Shown piece after piece: positions 45,179 through 57,140 of a stretch of 64,000 nt of DNA. Under the pieces are notes generated by a model. That model was not told the origin of the DNA, ran no database searches, and was given only the letters and a program-made list of their open reading frames with translations. The stretch spans positions 186,001-250,000 of the forward strand of contig NIVC01001526.1 in the NCBI GenBank assembly GCA_002269645.1, in the 5' to 3' direction. Made by a program: the position numbers and the translations under genes. Numbering within the stretch: position 1 is the first letter of the stretch; each line of letters opens with the position of its first letter. This stretch comes from Macrostomum lignano. Lineage: Eukaryota.

Positions 45179-46331
45179 TAGCTTTGCCTGTATCTAACTT
45201 GCCTATAGCTAGACTACACGTGTATGAAGACTGAGCTACAGACACTATAAAAAGTCTTTGTTTTTATAGTGTCTTTTTTTCTTTCGCTTTTACCTTTTCT
45301 TTTCCTTAATAAGCGAATTCGTCTACTTTAAGTAAAAATAAAAGCAAATAAAACAGGAAATAAGCGTTAGCCGACTAATAAAATTTGATCAGTATACCCT
45401 TGGAGTTCATTAACTTACTTAGCTGACTGTAGTTACTAACCAAGGCAGATTAAACATTGGATTTTGTATTTTAAGCTTATAAAACTTATTATTCTTACAG
45501 CTGTATAGCGTGTAGAGTGTTGGAGACACTTAGAGTTGCATTAGTGATAGGACAATAAATAATTAAATAAATGCAGTTTATGCACAGGAAACCCACTATT
45601 TAGTAACAGCATTTAGCATTATATTAGTTATTAAAACTCAAATCATTACAAAACTACTAATCATTACAAGTTTACATAAAACACACAACTTTTCTACGCA
45701 AATTAGTAATCAAATAAATTGAAATTGCAAAATGTATTACTGTAAAGATTCAAACTAAAAAAGGATACATAAAGCAAATTAATATTTACAGCAATAAATA
45801 ACTCTTAGCATAAATTATTACACCCCAAAGATAAAAACGCAGACAACAGGTAAAACAAAACTGATAGTTGATATTTTTAGATTACATTAAAACAAAAATA
45901 CATTAACTAAAACACTGATATAGCAAACTACTGTAAGTAGTAAGTAACGCATAAGATTCAATTTGCACAATTAAACTACAATTATGTAAATGAGGAATTT
46001 TGTGCCCCGTTTAATAAATTAAATGCCAAGCCATTTGGTTTCGGCCATAGACAAAATATTGAATCAGACGCATCTTAATTATTAATTAGTATTTAACTAA
46101 GTTATGAGTTTATCCCGGTAATTTTCATTAAGTGTTTTCGTTAAGTAAACAATTAAACATGTTTTAGATATTCAGGGCATTAAACCATTTCAATATTTTA
46201 ATTTTAATCAACAGTGGAAACGAAAAACGGAGAATAAAAAGAATGGCAACCCAGATTACTTCGATGGATACACAGTATATAAAAAACGCTCATAAACGAC
46301 ATATAAAACCACGCCTATAAAACCACCATTA

Positions 46332-46770
46332 GAATCGCACCTAAACCTCCCCTAGAATCGCCACTAAACCTCCCCTAGAATCGCCCTAAACCTCCCCTAG
46401 AATCGCACCTAAACCTCCCCTAGAATGGCCCCTAAACCTCCCCTAGAATCGCCACTAAACCTCCCCTAGAATCGCACCTAAACCTCCCCTAGAATCGCCA
46501 TTAAACCTCCCCTAGAATCGCCCTAAACCTCCCCTAGAAACGCACCTAAACCTCCCCTAGAATCGCCCTAAACCGATTCCCCTAGAATCGCCCTAAACCT
46601 CCCCTAGAATCGCCACTAAACCTCCCCTAGAATCGCCATTAAACCTCCGATAGAAACGCCCCTACACTTTCCTAAAATCGCCTCTAAACCACTCTTAAAA
46701 TCGCTCCTAATCAATAGATAGAATCGCACCTAAACCTCCCCTAGAATGGCCCCTAAACCTCCCCTAGAAT
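46332..46770. repeat. ~23-bp minisatellite (aaacctcccctagaatcgccact)
   Basis: Direct repeats; a degenerate related tract lies in the opposite orientation at ~49650-50050. Confidence 0.88.
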
Positions 46771-46969
46771 CGTTGCGATCTCAAAACTTGGCCATAGCAA
46801 TCAGGATGCGTCGAAATCCTGTTTTGCATTTCCACTGTTCCGCTAGGCCCAACAGAAGCAAATATTATTGCAGAAAGCAGAAAGCTGTATTGTAACGCGA
46901 TAGAATGAATGCAATAGACAAAAGTTAAAAAAATATTATTACGATTAGCAGCAGAAGTCCGGGAAACCG

Positions 46970-49900
46970 TTAGCGCACACTCTTTCGCTTACGAAGCCGT
47001 TTTAAACAGCTTTCAACAGCCGAAGCTCCCGGCACCGAGGAGCCCATTGACAGGCGCCGGCGTTTAGCAGCAACCGGTGTTGCAGAAGTGGAAGCAGCAG
47101 CAGCAGTAGCAGCAGCAGCGGCAGAGCCGGACTTTTTCAGCTTCAATTGTTGCTGCTTTTGCTTTTGCTGTTTCTGCTGCTTTTTACCAGCAGGACTTGA
47201 CGGCGCGGCGGCGGCAGCAGCAGCAGCAGCAGGAGACGCCGCGGTAGATCGAGTCTGCCGCTTTGCCGACGGAGAAGTAGAATCAATTGTTGGAGTCGTT
47301 GGCAGGTAGAAGCTGACGCCAGCAGCCTGCGATGCTGGAGCCGACGCTGTCGCCGAGCCCGACAACGGGGGCGGAGCCGGGGAACGTTTGAAGCCGGGCG
47401 AGAACAGGGTCCGATCGCTGCCGGCCTGCCGTTTCACCATTGCCTGGCCAGTCAGCTTGCCGCTCGGCTCGACGGCGGCTGCCGGCGCGTGCCTGGCGTG
47501 GCCGTGAGCGTTGGCGCCGGGCCTGTTGGCGTTCTGCCATTTGTCGCACTGGACCAACAGATCGTGCAGGCGAAGCGGCTGCTGCTGCTGACTCTGCTGT
47601 CGTTCGGCATCGTCTGAGAAGCCGCCTTCAACTACAGTCGGCGACTCTCGCTGCAGTCCCAGCCTGGCTAGCGTCAAGTCGCGCTGTTCGCTGCGCAGCT
47701 GCGACATGGGCCTGCCCGGCGGGTCCAGCATCACCACCAGAGCGGTGATGTTGTCAGCCCGCAGGTCGGCTCGCATCCAGCGTTGCATCGCCATCTGAAC
47801 CAGGCTGCCGCTTGGATTGTAAAAGAAATTCTGCGGCACGTCCGGGTCGGTGAATACCTGCGGCAGGGAGGGCGGCAGACAAAGAGGTTTAATCTCTGAA
47901 TGTCTTTGTCTCTTAATTCTTAAACAGAAACTTTGTTTCTTAAAATGGTCCCCGCTTTTTTAAATGGATATTTAATTTGTTAAAACTCTGTCCGAGTTTC
48001 TTAGAACAGTAACTCGGTTTCTTAGATTAAATAATACAGACCCAGTTTCTTGGAATAGCAGCTCTGTTTCTTAGAATACAGACCCAGTTTCTTGGAATAG
48101 CAGCTCTGTTTCTTATAATACAGACCCAGTTTCTTGGAATAGCAGCTCTGTTTCTTAGAATACAGACCCAGTTTCTTGGAATAGCAGCTCCGTTTCTTAG
48201 AATACAAACCCAATTTCTTGGAATAGCAGCTCTGTTTCTTAGAATACAGACCAAGTTTCTTGGAATAGAAGCTCTGTTTCTTAACAGACCCAGTTTCTTG
48301 GAATAGCAGCTCTGTTTCTTAACAGACCCAGTTTCTTGGAATAGCAGCTCTGTTTCTTAACAGACCCAGTTTCTTGGAATAGCAGCTCTGTTTCTTAGAA
48401 TACAGACCCAGTTTCTTGGAATAGAAGCTCTGTTTCTTAGAATACAGACCCAGTTTCTTGGAATAGCAGCTCTGTTTCTTAGAATACAGACCCAGTTTCT
48501 TGGAATAGCAACTCTGTTTGTTAGAATACAGACCCAATTTCTTTGAATAGCAGCTCTGTTTCTTAGAATACAGACCCAATTTCTTGGAATAGCAGCTCTG
48601 TTTCTTAGAATACAGACCCAGTTTGTTGGAATAGCAACTCTGTTTGTTAGAATACAGACCCAATTTCTTGGAATAGCAGCTCTGTTTCTTAGAATACAGA
48701 CCCAGTTTTTGGAATAGCTCTGTTTCTAAGAATACAGACCCAGTTTCTTGGAATAGCAACTCTGTTTCTTAGAATACAGACTCAGTTTCTTAGATTAGGA
48801 GTCTCATTTGTTTAAAATGGCGTTCAGTTAGTAAAACAATCTTATAGCCACATTCAGTTTTTGTTTAAATTGGCAAACTCAATCTTATAGAACAAAGCAA
48901 ATTCCAATAACAATACCTTATTCTCTGTGGATCTCTCGCAGATGTGCACCATCTCAACGGCGCTATCGGGGGCAACCATATTCCACAATCCGTCGGAACC
49001 CAATATGAGGCACTTGTGCTTGCTATAATCCAAATTGATGCACTGCACGTCCGGCTCTGGGGAAACGTGGAATTCCGAAGAGTTTTTATCATAGGACCAT
49101 AAATCGCCCAGGGAACGGGCTACGGCTAGGAATGGCACCGATTCAAATAACTGGCGCTGCTGCTGTTGCTGAGGAGACGAATCGGCGCCGCTCGACTGAG
49201 CTGGCCGGCGCCACACAACCCGATAGACGCCGCCTTTGCGCATCAGACTGCCACCGGCCCGTTCGATACGCTCTCGCTCCTTCGGGTTTGACGGCTTGTG
49301 CTCAACCGTGAGTGCTTGAGCGTGCCACAGGTCGCGGGATTGTTCGCGGGTGTCCCGACAGCCCAGCACAATGGCCGAGTCGCCAACGTGGCCAGTGTAG
49401 AGTTTACGATTGCGCACAATAGCAATGGAGGCTGTGGTGCCGGCTGTGCTGTCTAAACCGCGCGAAGTCTTGGCCCAGTTGCCTGGCGGGTTGTTGTAGG
49501 GGACAATTGTGGGTGCGTCACGTGACTCTGTGGCTATTCAACATTGATTGGTTAACTATGTTAGCCTATCTTAAGCTTGATTTTTATAGAGATTCTAAAT
49601 TGGTCAAGAAATATTCTTCCGCATTTAAGAGTTCAGCTCGGTTCATGGGGACTCTAAGCGGTGATTCTAGTGGGGATCAAGGGCGATTCTAAAGGGAGAT
49701 TAAGGGCAATTCCTGGGGTGGATCAAAGCCAATTCTATTTGGGGGATTAGGGGCGATTCTTGAGGTGGATTACAGTGATTCAAATGGGAAGATTAGAGGC
49801 GATTTCTGGTGGATTAGAGTGATTCTTGTGGTGGATTAGAGTGATTGTTGTGGTGGATTAGTGATTCAAATGGGGAGATTAGGGGCGATTCCTGGTGGGT

Positions 49901-51042
49901 TGGGAGTGATTATTGGGGTGGATTAGAGTGATTCTTCTTAAGGTGGATTAGAGTGATTCTTCTTAAGGTGGATTAGAATGATTATTGGGGTGGATTAGGG
50001 TGATTCCAATGGGGGATTAAGAGCGATTGTAATGAAGAATTAAGGATGATTCTTGGGATCTATAAGGGCAATTTTAGTGAGTGAGTCTTAGCAATAATTG
50101 TAATAAATTAGAGTTTTTTAGTGAATTTAGGGCTATTTCTAGGGTGGATTTGCAGCAATTCTTTCAATAGATTTGGGACCTCATAGTTAGCCTCAGCAAT
50201 TTGAAGGTGATTGTTCATTAGAATTGGCAATTTTTGGGGTAGATTAGTTGCTATTTTTAGGATAAATTAGGGAAATAATTGTAATAGATTTGTAGGCAGT
50301 TAGAAGAAAGAAGAACAATAGAAAAGGAATAATACATTAATACATCATAATATACTATCCGTCAAAAGTTCCCAAACCCTTGCTACGATGTCTTCTAGCA
50401 GACATAATTTCAGTCCGTTTTAATTGTAACTTGATTCAAATGAAAGCTGCGGATCTTAGCTCCATGATGTGGTCAAGAAAAAGTTTATTCGAAGGAGTGC
50501 GTGTGAACAGGCCAGTGTTATGTACATAAAGGTTAGAGAAAAAAGTGAGGAAAAGACAAACAAGCAATTGTCTATTGATTGGAACTAACATTTTTATATC
50601 TTAAAATAAGCCTTATAAAATGCAAAAAGATTTAGCCAAAAAGATTTGGCCAATGCTAGGCCTATTGGCATTTTTTAAACAAAAATTAAAAATTAGTATA
50701 GAGCTTACCTCGCTCATTCCACATTGCTTTGTGGGTATTAATGAAGCCTTGTCTTATAGCTTCAAGAACAGCATTGTCATCATTTGACCAAAAGCCATCA
50801 ATCTTCTTTATTTCACTCAATAGATGAGACTTAGCAAATTTAGCTGCTTCAGCTCCACCATGACCATCAAAAACACCAAAGTAGGCAAATTTAATGCGAT
50901 CAGATTCAGGCTTGTCTGGGCACTTTTCAAAGTAATACGTTGCAAAATCTTCCATGTATGCACGCATACCCTGATTCATGCATTCTGTTACTCGCAGGTT
51001 GATGCCTATTTCAAAACTCTGCATTCTAGAATCAATAGGCAT
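46970..51042 (-). CDS. PPM1D: Protein phosphatase 1D / Wip1 (PP2C family), ~595 aa. Exons 51042-50709, 49482-48917, 47857-46970
   Basis: NQGMRAYMED, YFGVFDGHGG, STAGTTAS, HVGDS, VPFLAVARSLGDLWSY, LILGSDGLWN, RWMRADLRADN, and a basic C-terminal tail. Phases 1 and 0 are consistent. Confidence 0.93.
48010..48790. repeat. 42-bp minisatellite (ttcttagaatacagacccagtttcttggaatagcagctctgt) in PPM1D intron 2
   Basis: Direct repeats built from two 21-bp half-units. Confidence 0.94.
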
Positions 51043-51699
51043 ATGGAAATGCTATCTATGTAGATAGACTAGTTTATTCGGTTTTAAGACAATGACAGCA
51101 AAAACAAACCTGCAAGGGCTTACTGCTAGGCTTGTTCGGAAAGCAAAAAATAGGCCTAAGCCTAAGGCAGACAGAAGACAGTCAAACAGTGAAACAGATT
51201 CTATAGACTATACAAAATGCAGATGCATTAGTAATAATAATAATAAATGTATGCTAAAAATCAATATTTTAATTAAAAATTAGACAAACACGGACTTCAG
51301 ATACGAATACAGTTAAAGCAGTGTAGTCTACTTGGTAATTATTATTATTAATTATTAATTATTACTATTTAGAAACATTTCTTGGAAAGCAAATTTCCTC
51401 AAAAAGTAATAAAACAACTTTCTCAAAATGTTAAATTGTCCAAAAGGTAAATAACTACAAATTGAATAAAAATATTTTTAACTCTTTATTAACAAGACAA
51501 ATTCTTGAACAAGCAAATAAGTATAGATTTCAAAACTACATTTTTCTACGAAAGACTTAAATATCTCAAATTGAGTTATCGCGCCTCATCGATTTGCTAA
51601 GTGCTGAAGTCTTTTGTGTCTAGTTAGAACCACAGGTTTTTTTATTAGAGGCAGAGGGGTTGTGTGCACTCTGGCGCACTTTAAGCGACATAGGCACAC

Positions 51700-52025
51700 A
51701 ACCGGCGAGAAGCATTATTGCCCATTCCACCGACTCCCCAGTCCCCTGAGCAGGCATACAAGCGCGCGGATACGTACGCAGTCACACACTCACTCACACA
51801 GAAGTGTACAGCGGCCCTAAACTTTATTTTATCGTTAGGAATGTACACTTCACTGCGCTTTGGGGGGGGGGTTGGCTCTCAAGGCCGTTAATTGCACGAG
51901 CAGAGCCAAGCCGAGATTCCAATTCAGCCCCAAATTAATGTGACTGCACTTGGAATCGAGCATGGGTCGCTGGCACACAAGAGCCTCAAAGCCTGCGCTA
52001 GACCGCTGGGCTACGCCCCCCCCCC
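51700..52025 (-). mobile_element. tRNA-derived SINE copy (most complete in the window)
   Basis: Minus strand reads gcgTAGCCCAGCGGtctagcgc...atGCTCGATTCC (A box and degenerate B box), then the shared dispersed core. Confidence 0.6.
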
Positions 52026-53060
52026 TGAACCACAGGTTTATTCATAGCATGATTTTTAAAAATTTTGATGCAAATATTGCGCTTTTTGAATACTCTTCAA
52101 TTATCCAAAATTTTTGAGCAAAGGACTCAATGACAATAATAATATCACAATCTATTCCTAATTTTCTAGTTTTTCGACTAGATAATAGCTAACATATGTA
52201 AATCTAGCTGAAAAAAATTAAGTGTTCTTTATTTAACTTAGACTTCAATTGACAAAGAAATATCTTGGCTTAGGTTAAATTTAAATTTTTTGGTAATTAA
52301 GGTTGGACTTGGACCTACCTAGAAAGTTTTTTCTGGGGGAGGGAAGCTATACCAATCAACTAGAACAGGCAAAATAAGGTAAAAAATACAAGCCAAAGAA
52401 ATTATGATCTATTTCTGGCCATAGCAAATGGGTCCTTAGTCCCCTTGGCCTCTATACTCAAGGTCTACCTCTGATATATTGTATCATAATATTTTTTAGC
52501 CTAGGCTTAAGTCTTAAAATAAGAAATAGCATGTTTTATGGATAGTTTGTTGGTAATTTTTGTTATAAAATATATGAAATAAAATTCACAATTAAACTAA
52601 AATCAAGATAGCATTACTTCTATGTGATTTTTAATTTCTTAGATGGAATTTGTTTTTCATTATTTGTACTCTAAGCTATGAACTATGGTCTACTAATAAT
52701 TCCATAGCAGGCCTAGAGATTTCTAAAACTAATTTCTAAAAGTTTTATATCATTTTAAGCAGCAGAAATAAATAAAATAATTTGTACTTTTTGTGTTTAC
52801 TGTTTAATATCATTAAAGTACATTTTATTTATAAATAATGACAATGAAAAATATAAATTGTAAAGATCAATTTTACTGCTAAGGTTTAACTTTATTACAA
52901 CCGTGATATTAACATATGTCTTTTATGATTTCAATTTTTTGCAACTTGTATACAAATATAATTTTTAAATATAGAGAAAGACTTTAGCTTTCACCGAATT
53001 TATCACAGATAATTTATGGTATGAATTATTTCAGGGCAGGGAATCTCTCTCTGGTCCACA

Positions 53061-56000
53061 ATGACATCATCATCCATGTACTACAAAAAGCTACTGCAGG
53101 ATTTAAGTAAGTAGCAGGTTTTTTCAAAACCCTATTTAATTTTAAAGTAATAGTTTTAGTTGGATCTGCAATTAGCGTTCTATCCTCATGCAACTCAAAC
53201 AGAACAGTCCCAGCTAGATCGCATCCGTTTCGCCGCCTATCGAACAGCAATGAAACTGCGCTTCATCCAACGTCGAGTCAGCCTCCACCTGGTTGACCTG
53301 TACACCTTGATCGAATGCTTCAGACTGGCCCATTTTCACGTGCTCGAATATGATGCCGAGCTGAGCCCGGAACAGCTCGAACAGTTGCTATGCACCCTGT
53401 ACGATCAGTTGAACAAGCGGCTCGGGCTGGCCAACTCAGCCGAAGTGGCTGGCGCTCACGAGAACTACCTGCAGGAACTGGCCGGCATGCTGCACGCTTG
53501 GCTGTTTGCCAGATCGCAGTTCGGCTTCGGCCAGCGAATGACCGCACTAGGCGCTAAAGTGGCCATGTCTGTACTGTGCAACGCTAAGCCTATTGATAAA
53601 TTGCGCTATCATTTCACGCTCATATGCGACCCGGTTACTGGGGTGCTAGATCGCACTAAAGCCCAGGCTTACACCATCGAACTGCTATCCTTACCTGCCG
53701 GAGTATTCGAACAGAATAATTTCTATTACCAGCCGGACACCTGCTGCTTTCTGTCTCAGTGCGCCGGTCTGTTGCATTTCTTGGAAATTCTTCTAGCCGA
53801 AGACGCCGCTCCACAGCCGCTGCTCTGGCTGACGACATTTCATCGGCTGCAGACTACCGCCAGCCATCCAGTGAGGTGCTCGGTGTGCGGCCAGGAGCCG
53901 ATATTGGGCTTTCGGTACAAATGCCAACAGTGCATCGGTTCGTTTAACCTGTGCCAGGAGTGCTTCTGGACCGGGGCGACTGCTGGCGGGCACACGCTCA
54001 ACCACGAGGTTAAGGAGTACACCAGCTGGGTGAGTGGCGCTTGGCCAGCAGGTTGCTCGAAGTTTACATAAAGTGGGTTATGCCCAGCGCTAAGGGAATT
54101 CTGCTCATTCCGCTGACACCTGAGCGCACATACATGCGCGCCAGTACACATACATGCGCGCCAATACTGTACTTAGGCGCGCACTCAAATACACACGCTC
54201 ACACAGGGTGTACAGCGGGCCCTTTGACTTTCTAGTCGTCAGGCATGTCTGTACTCTCTCGATGCCTGTGTTTCAATTTAGAAACTCCATTGCGTCGATT
54301 ATTGTAATCCCCTAATCGTAGTCTCAGAAAACAATTAAATTTATTAATTAACCTCCATCTAAGATCTTAGAGGCTGCAGAAAAGCAGAAATTTCAATTAC
54401 AATTGCAGCAACATCCCAGTATCGATCAAAATGGCCCCCATATCGATTGAAGCAACCCCCAGTATCGATCGCAGCAACCCCCACCCATATCGGTCGTAGC
54501 AACCCCCATATCGATCGCAACAACCCCCATATCGATCGCAGCACCCCTATATCGATCGCAGCAACCCCCACCCATATCGATCGCAGCAAACCCAATATCG
54601 ATCGCAGCAACCCCGACCCATATCGATTGCAGCAGCCCCCACCCATATCGATCGCAGCAACCCCCACCCATATCGATCGCAGCAACCCCATATCGACCGC
54701 AGCAACCCCCACCCATATCGATCGCAGCAACCCCCACCCATATCGATCGCAGCAGCCCCATTATCGATTTTAGCAACCCCCACCCATATCGATCGCAGCA
54801 ACCCCCACCCATATCGATCGCAGCAACCCCAATATGGATTGTAGCAACCCCCACCCATATCGATCGCAGCAACCCCAATATCGATTGTAGCAACCCTCAC
54901 CCATATCGATCGCAGCAACCCCATATCGATCGCAGCAACCCCCACCCATATCGGTCGTAGCAACCCCCACCCATATCGATCGCAGCAACCCCCATATCGA
55001 TCGCAGCAACCCCCATATCGATCGCAGCAACCCCCATATCGATCGCAGCAACCCCCACCCATATCGATCGCAGCAACCCCCACCCATATCGATCGCAGCA
55101 ACCCCCATATCGATCGCAGCAACCCCCACCCATATCGATCGCAGCAACCCCCAAATCGATCGCAGCAACCCCACCCATATCGATCGCAGCAACCCCAAAA
55201 TCGATCGCAGCAACCCCCACCCATATCGATCGCAGCAACCCCCACCCGTATCGATCGCAGCAACCCTCATATCGATCGCAGAAATTCTAATCTCGCTATG
55301 AATAAAGTATCAGTTCTTCATAGAACATTTCTCTATTTTATATGCCTTCCAGTGATCAATAAGTCCTTTGAGCTACCGTATTGGTATAAATCCTATAGCA
55401 GCAGTTCATATAACGCTTGGAAACATGCCATGAACTTTGTTTGCATTGGCAGAGCTTGGGGATGAAGCGAGTACGTGTCGGAGACGAGATTGAGGATCAG
55501 TCAGCCACGTGATTGCTTTTTTTGTGGAGCTTTAAGTGGACATTCAATCGCTAAATTTGCGGTGTGTATAAAGTGCAGCAACTCTTGAAAAAATGAGAAT
55601 GAATGAACCGCGTCCTCGCTCAACAGGGCGGTTGGTTTAATACTATGTAGTTGGGCACTTGTAAAGTCCTAGAATAGAATGAATAAGCTGTAAACCTTTT
55701 AAGCCTATGCTCCACTTTTATCCGCATGGGACTCGGTATAAATATTTATACACAGCAAACATTGCTGTTCCGCTTGCTAGGCCTGTTGCTCTGTGCTTTT
55801 CCATCCATCTCGTTCATCGGTTTTGCTTCATAGCTACTGTTTCTATGCTTTTATATTGCAGGCATTTTCTTCTTTTAGTTTGGCTAACTATTCATTGTTT
55901 GCGAATCAGTTGTTTTTGGAATAATTTTAACATCCGTTTACTGAAATGTTATCAGAGACTCTTCGAATTGGATCTGTGCATTTGAATAGCCTGTGTGAAG

Positions 56001-57095
56001 TGTCAGGGGGCAGAGCAGTTCTACTCTGACTGACTGACTGACTGACTGACTGACTGACTGACTGACTGACTGACTGACTGACTGGCTGACTGACTGACTG
56101 ACTGACTGACTGACTGGCTCACGCATATTAATTGAAAACACGTGTTAGAATCCGTTACACATACAAGCATATAAAAGCTCTACTAAGCCCAAAGTTTCCC
56201 TTCGTTTACCTTTCATATCCGGATCGCTTATCTTATCTCCTTGACGTTTCTCTCTTCCTCTCTCCAACTTCATAGGCATAAGGTTTATAGGGAAAATCTT
56301 TCCCGTTGTACAGGGGGTGTTGCTAAGGTAGTTGGGGATAATTTAGAATGGCGAAGAAGGTGGAGGGGAGCTGCAGGGGGGTGGGGCTACCGTTATTGGG
56401 CCCGAATGTTCGAACCGTGCAGGTCCAGCAAGAGCCAGATGGTGGGTTTCTGCGTGCAACTTTTTTTACCTGCACCAGATTCAGTTAGAGTGAGGGTGTT
56501 GCTGGGCAAGGCTTCTACATCATTTCTTTCTTCGGTGTCTTCCCGTTTTTTCTGTCTCTCCGACCTGCACAGTCAGCTGGCTGTATAGAAAGGGGATAAA
56601 AGCTGGCGGAGGGGCGACTGGCTGCCGGGACACACAGACGCAAAACTTCAGTCCCGTTTAAATCGAGAGATTCTGCAGCTTTCTATTTAATCTGTCCAAA
56701 AGCAGATCATGCCAAATAAGGAAGGTAAAACTTCTGTAGTGGTTAATCCCAGCGATGAAGCTTTCCCAGCTTCTCGCGCCGCAGTTGTCTGCCCGCGCTG
56801 CTTGAAGACCCGGCCGTCTCCGCCTTCTCTGCCGCAATCTTTTTCGGCTGTTTTGTCTTCTTCCGCATCGAATTCTTCTGCTTTTTCTGCGCCGCAATCC
56901 GCCGAACAGAAGCAGCAAAACAGCCGGCCACCGCCGCGTCCGGTTAAACGGTCGGAGAGCTTCACCTCCCGCCTCACCTCAATGCTGCTGCCCCGCTCCG
57001 TGAGTGCCGCTTCTGTGTGTCTGTCTGTCTGTGTGTGTCTGTCTGTTTGTGTCTGTCTGTCTGTCTGTGTGTCTGTCTGTTTGTGTCTGTCTGTC

Positions 57096-57140
<45 letters not shown>

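Noticed and set aside
51945-52020. Functional tRNA gene
   Set aside because: The B box is degenerate, there is no convincing acceptor stem, and it is fused to a dispersed repeat core; treated as a SINE head.
54359-55270. Multiple GCCDRYG / LLRSIW repeat ORFs
   Set aside because: Frames of the 25-bp intronic minisatellite.
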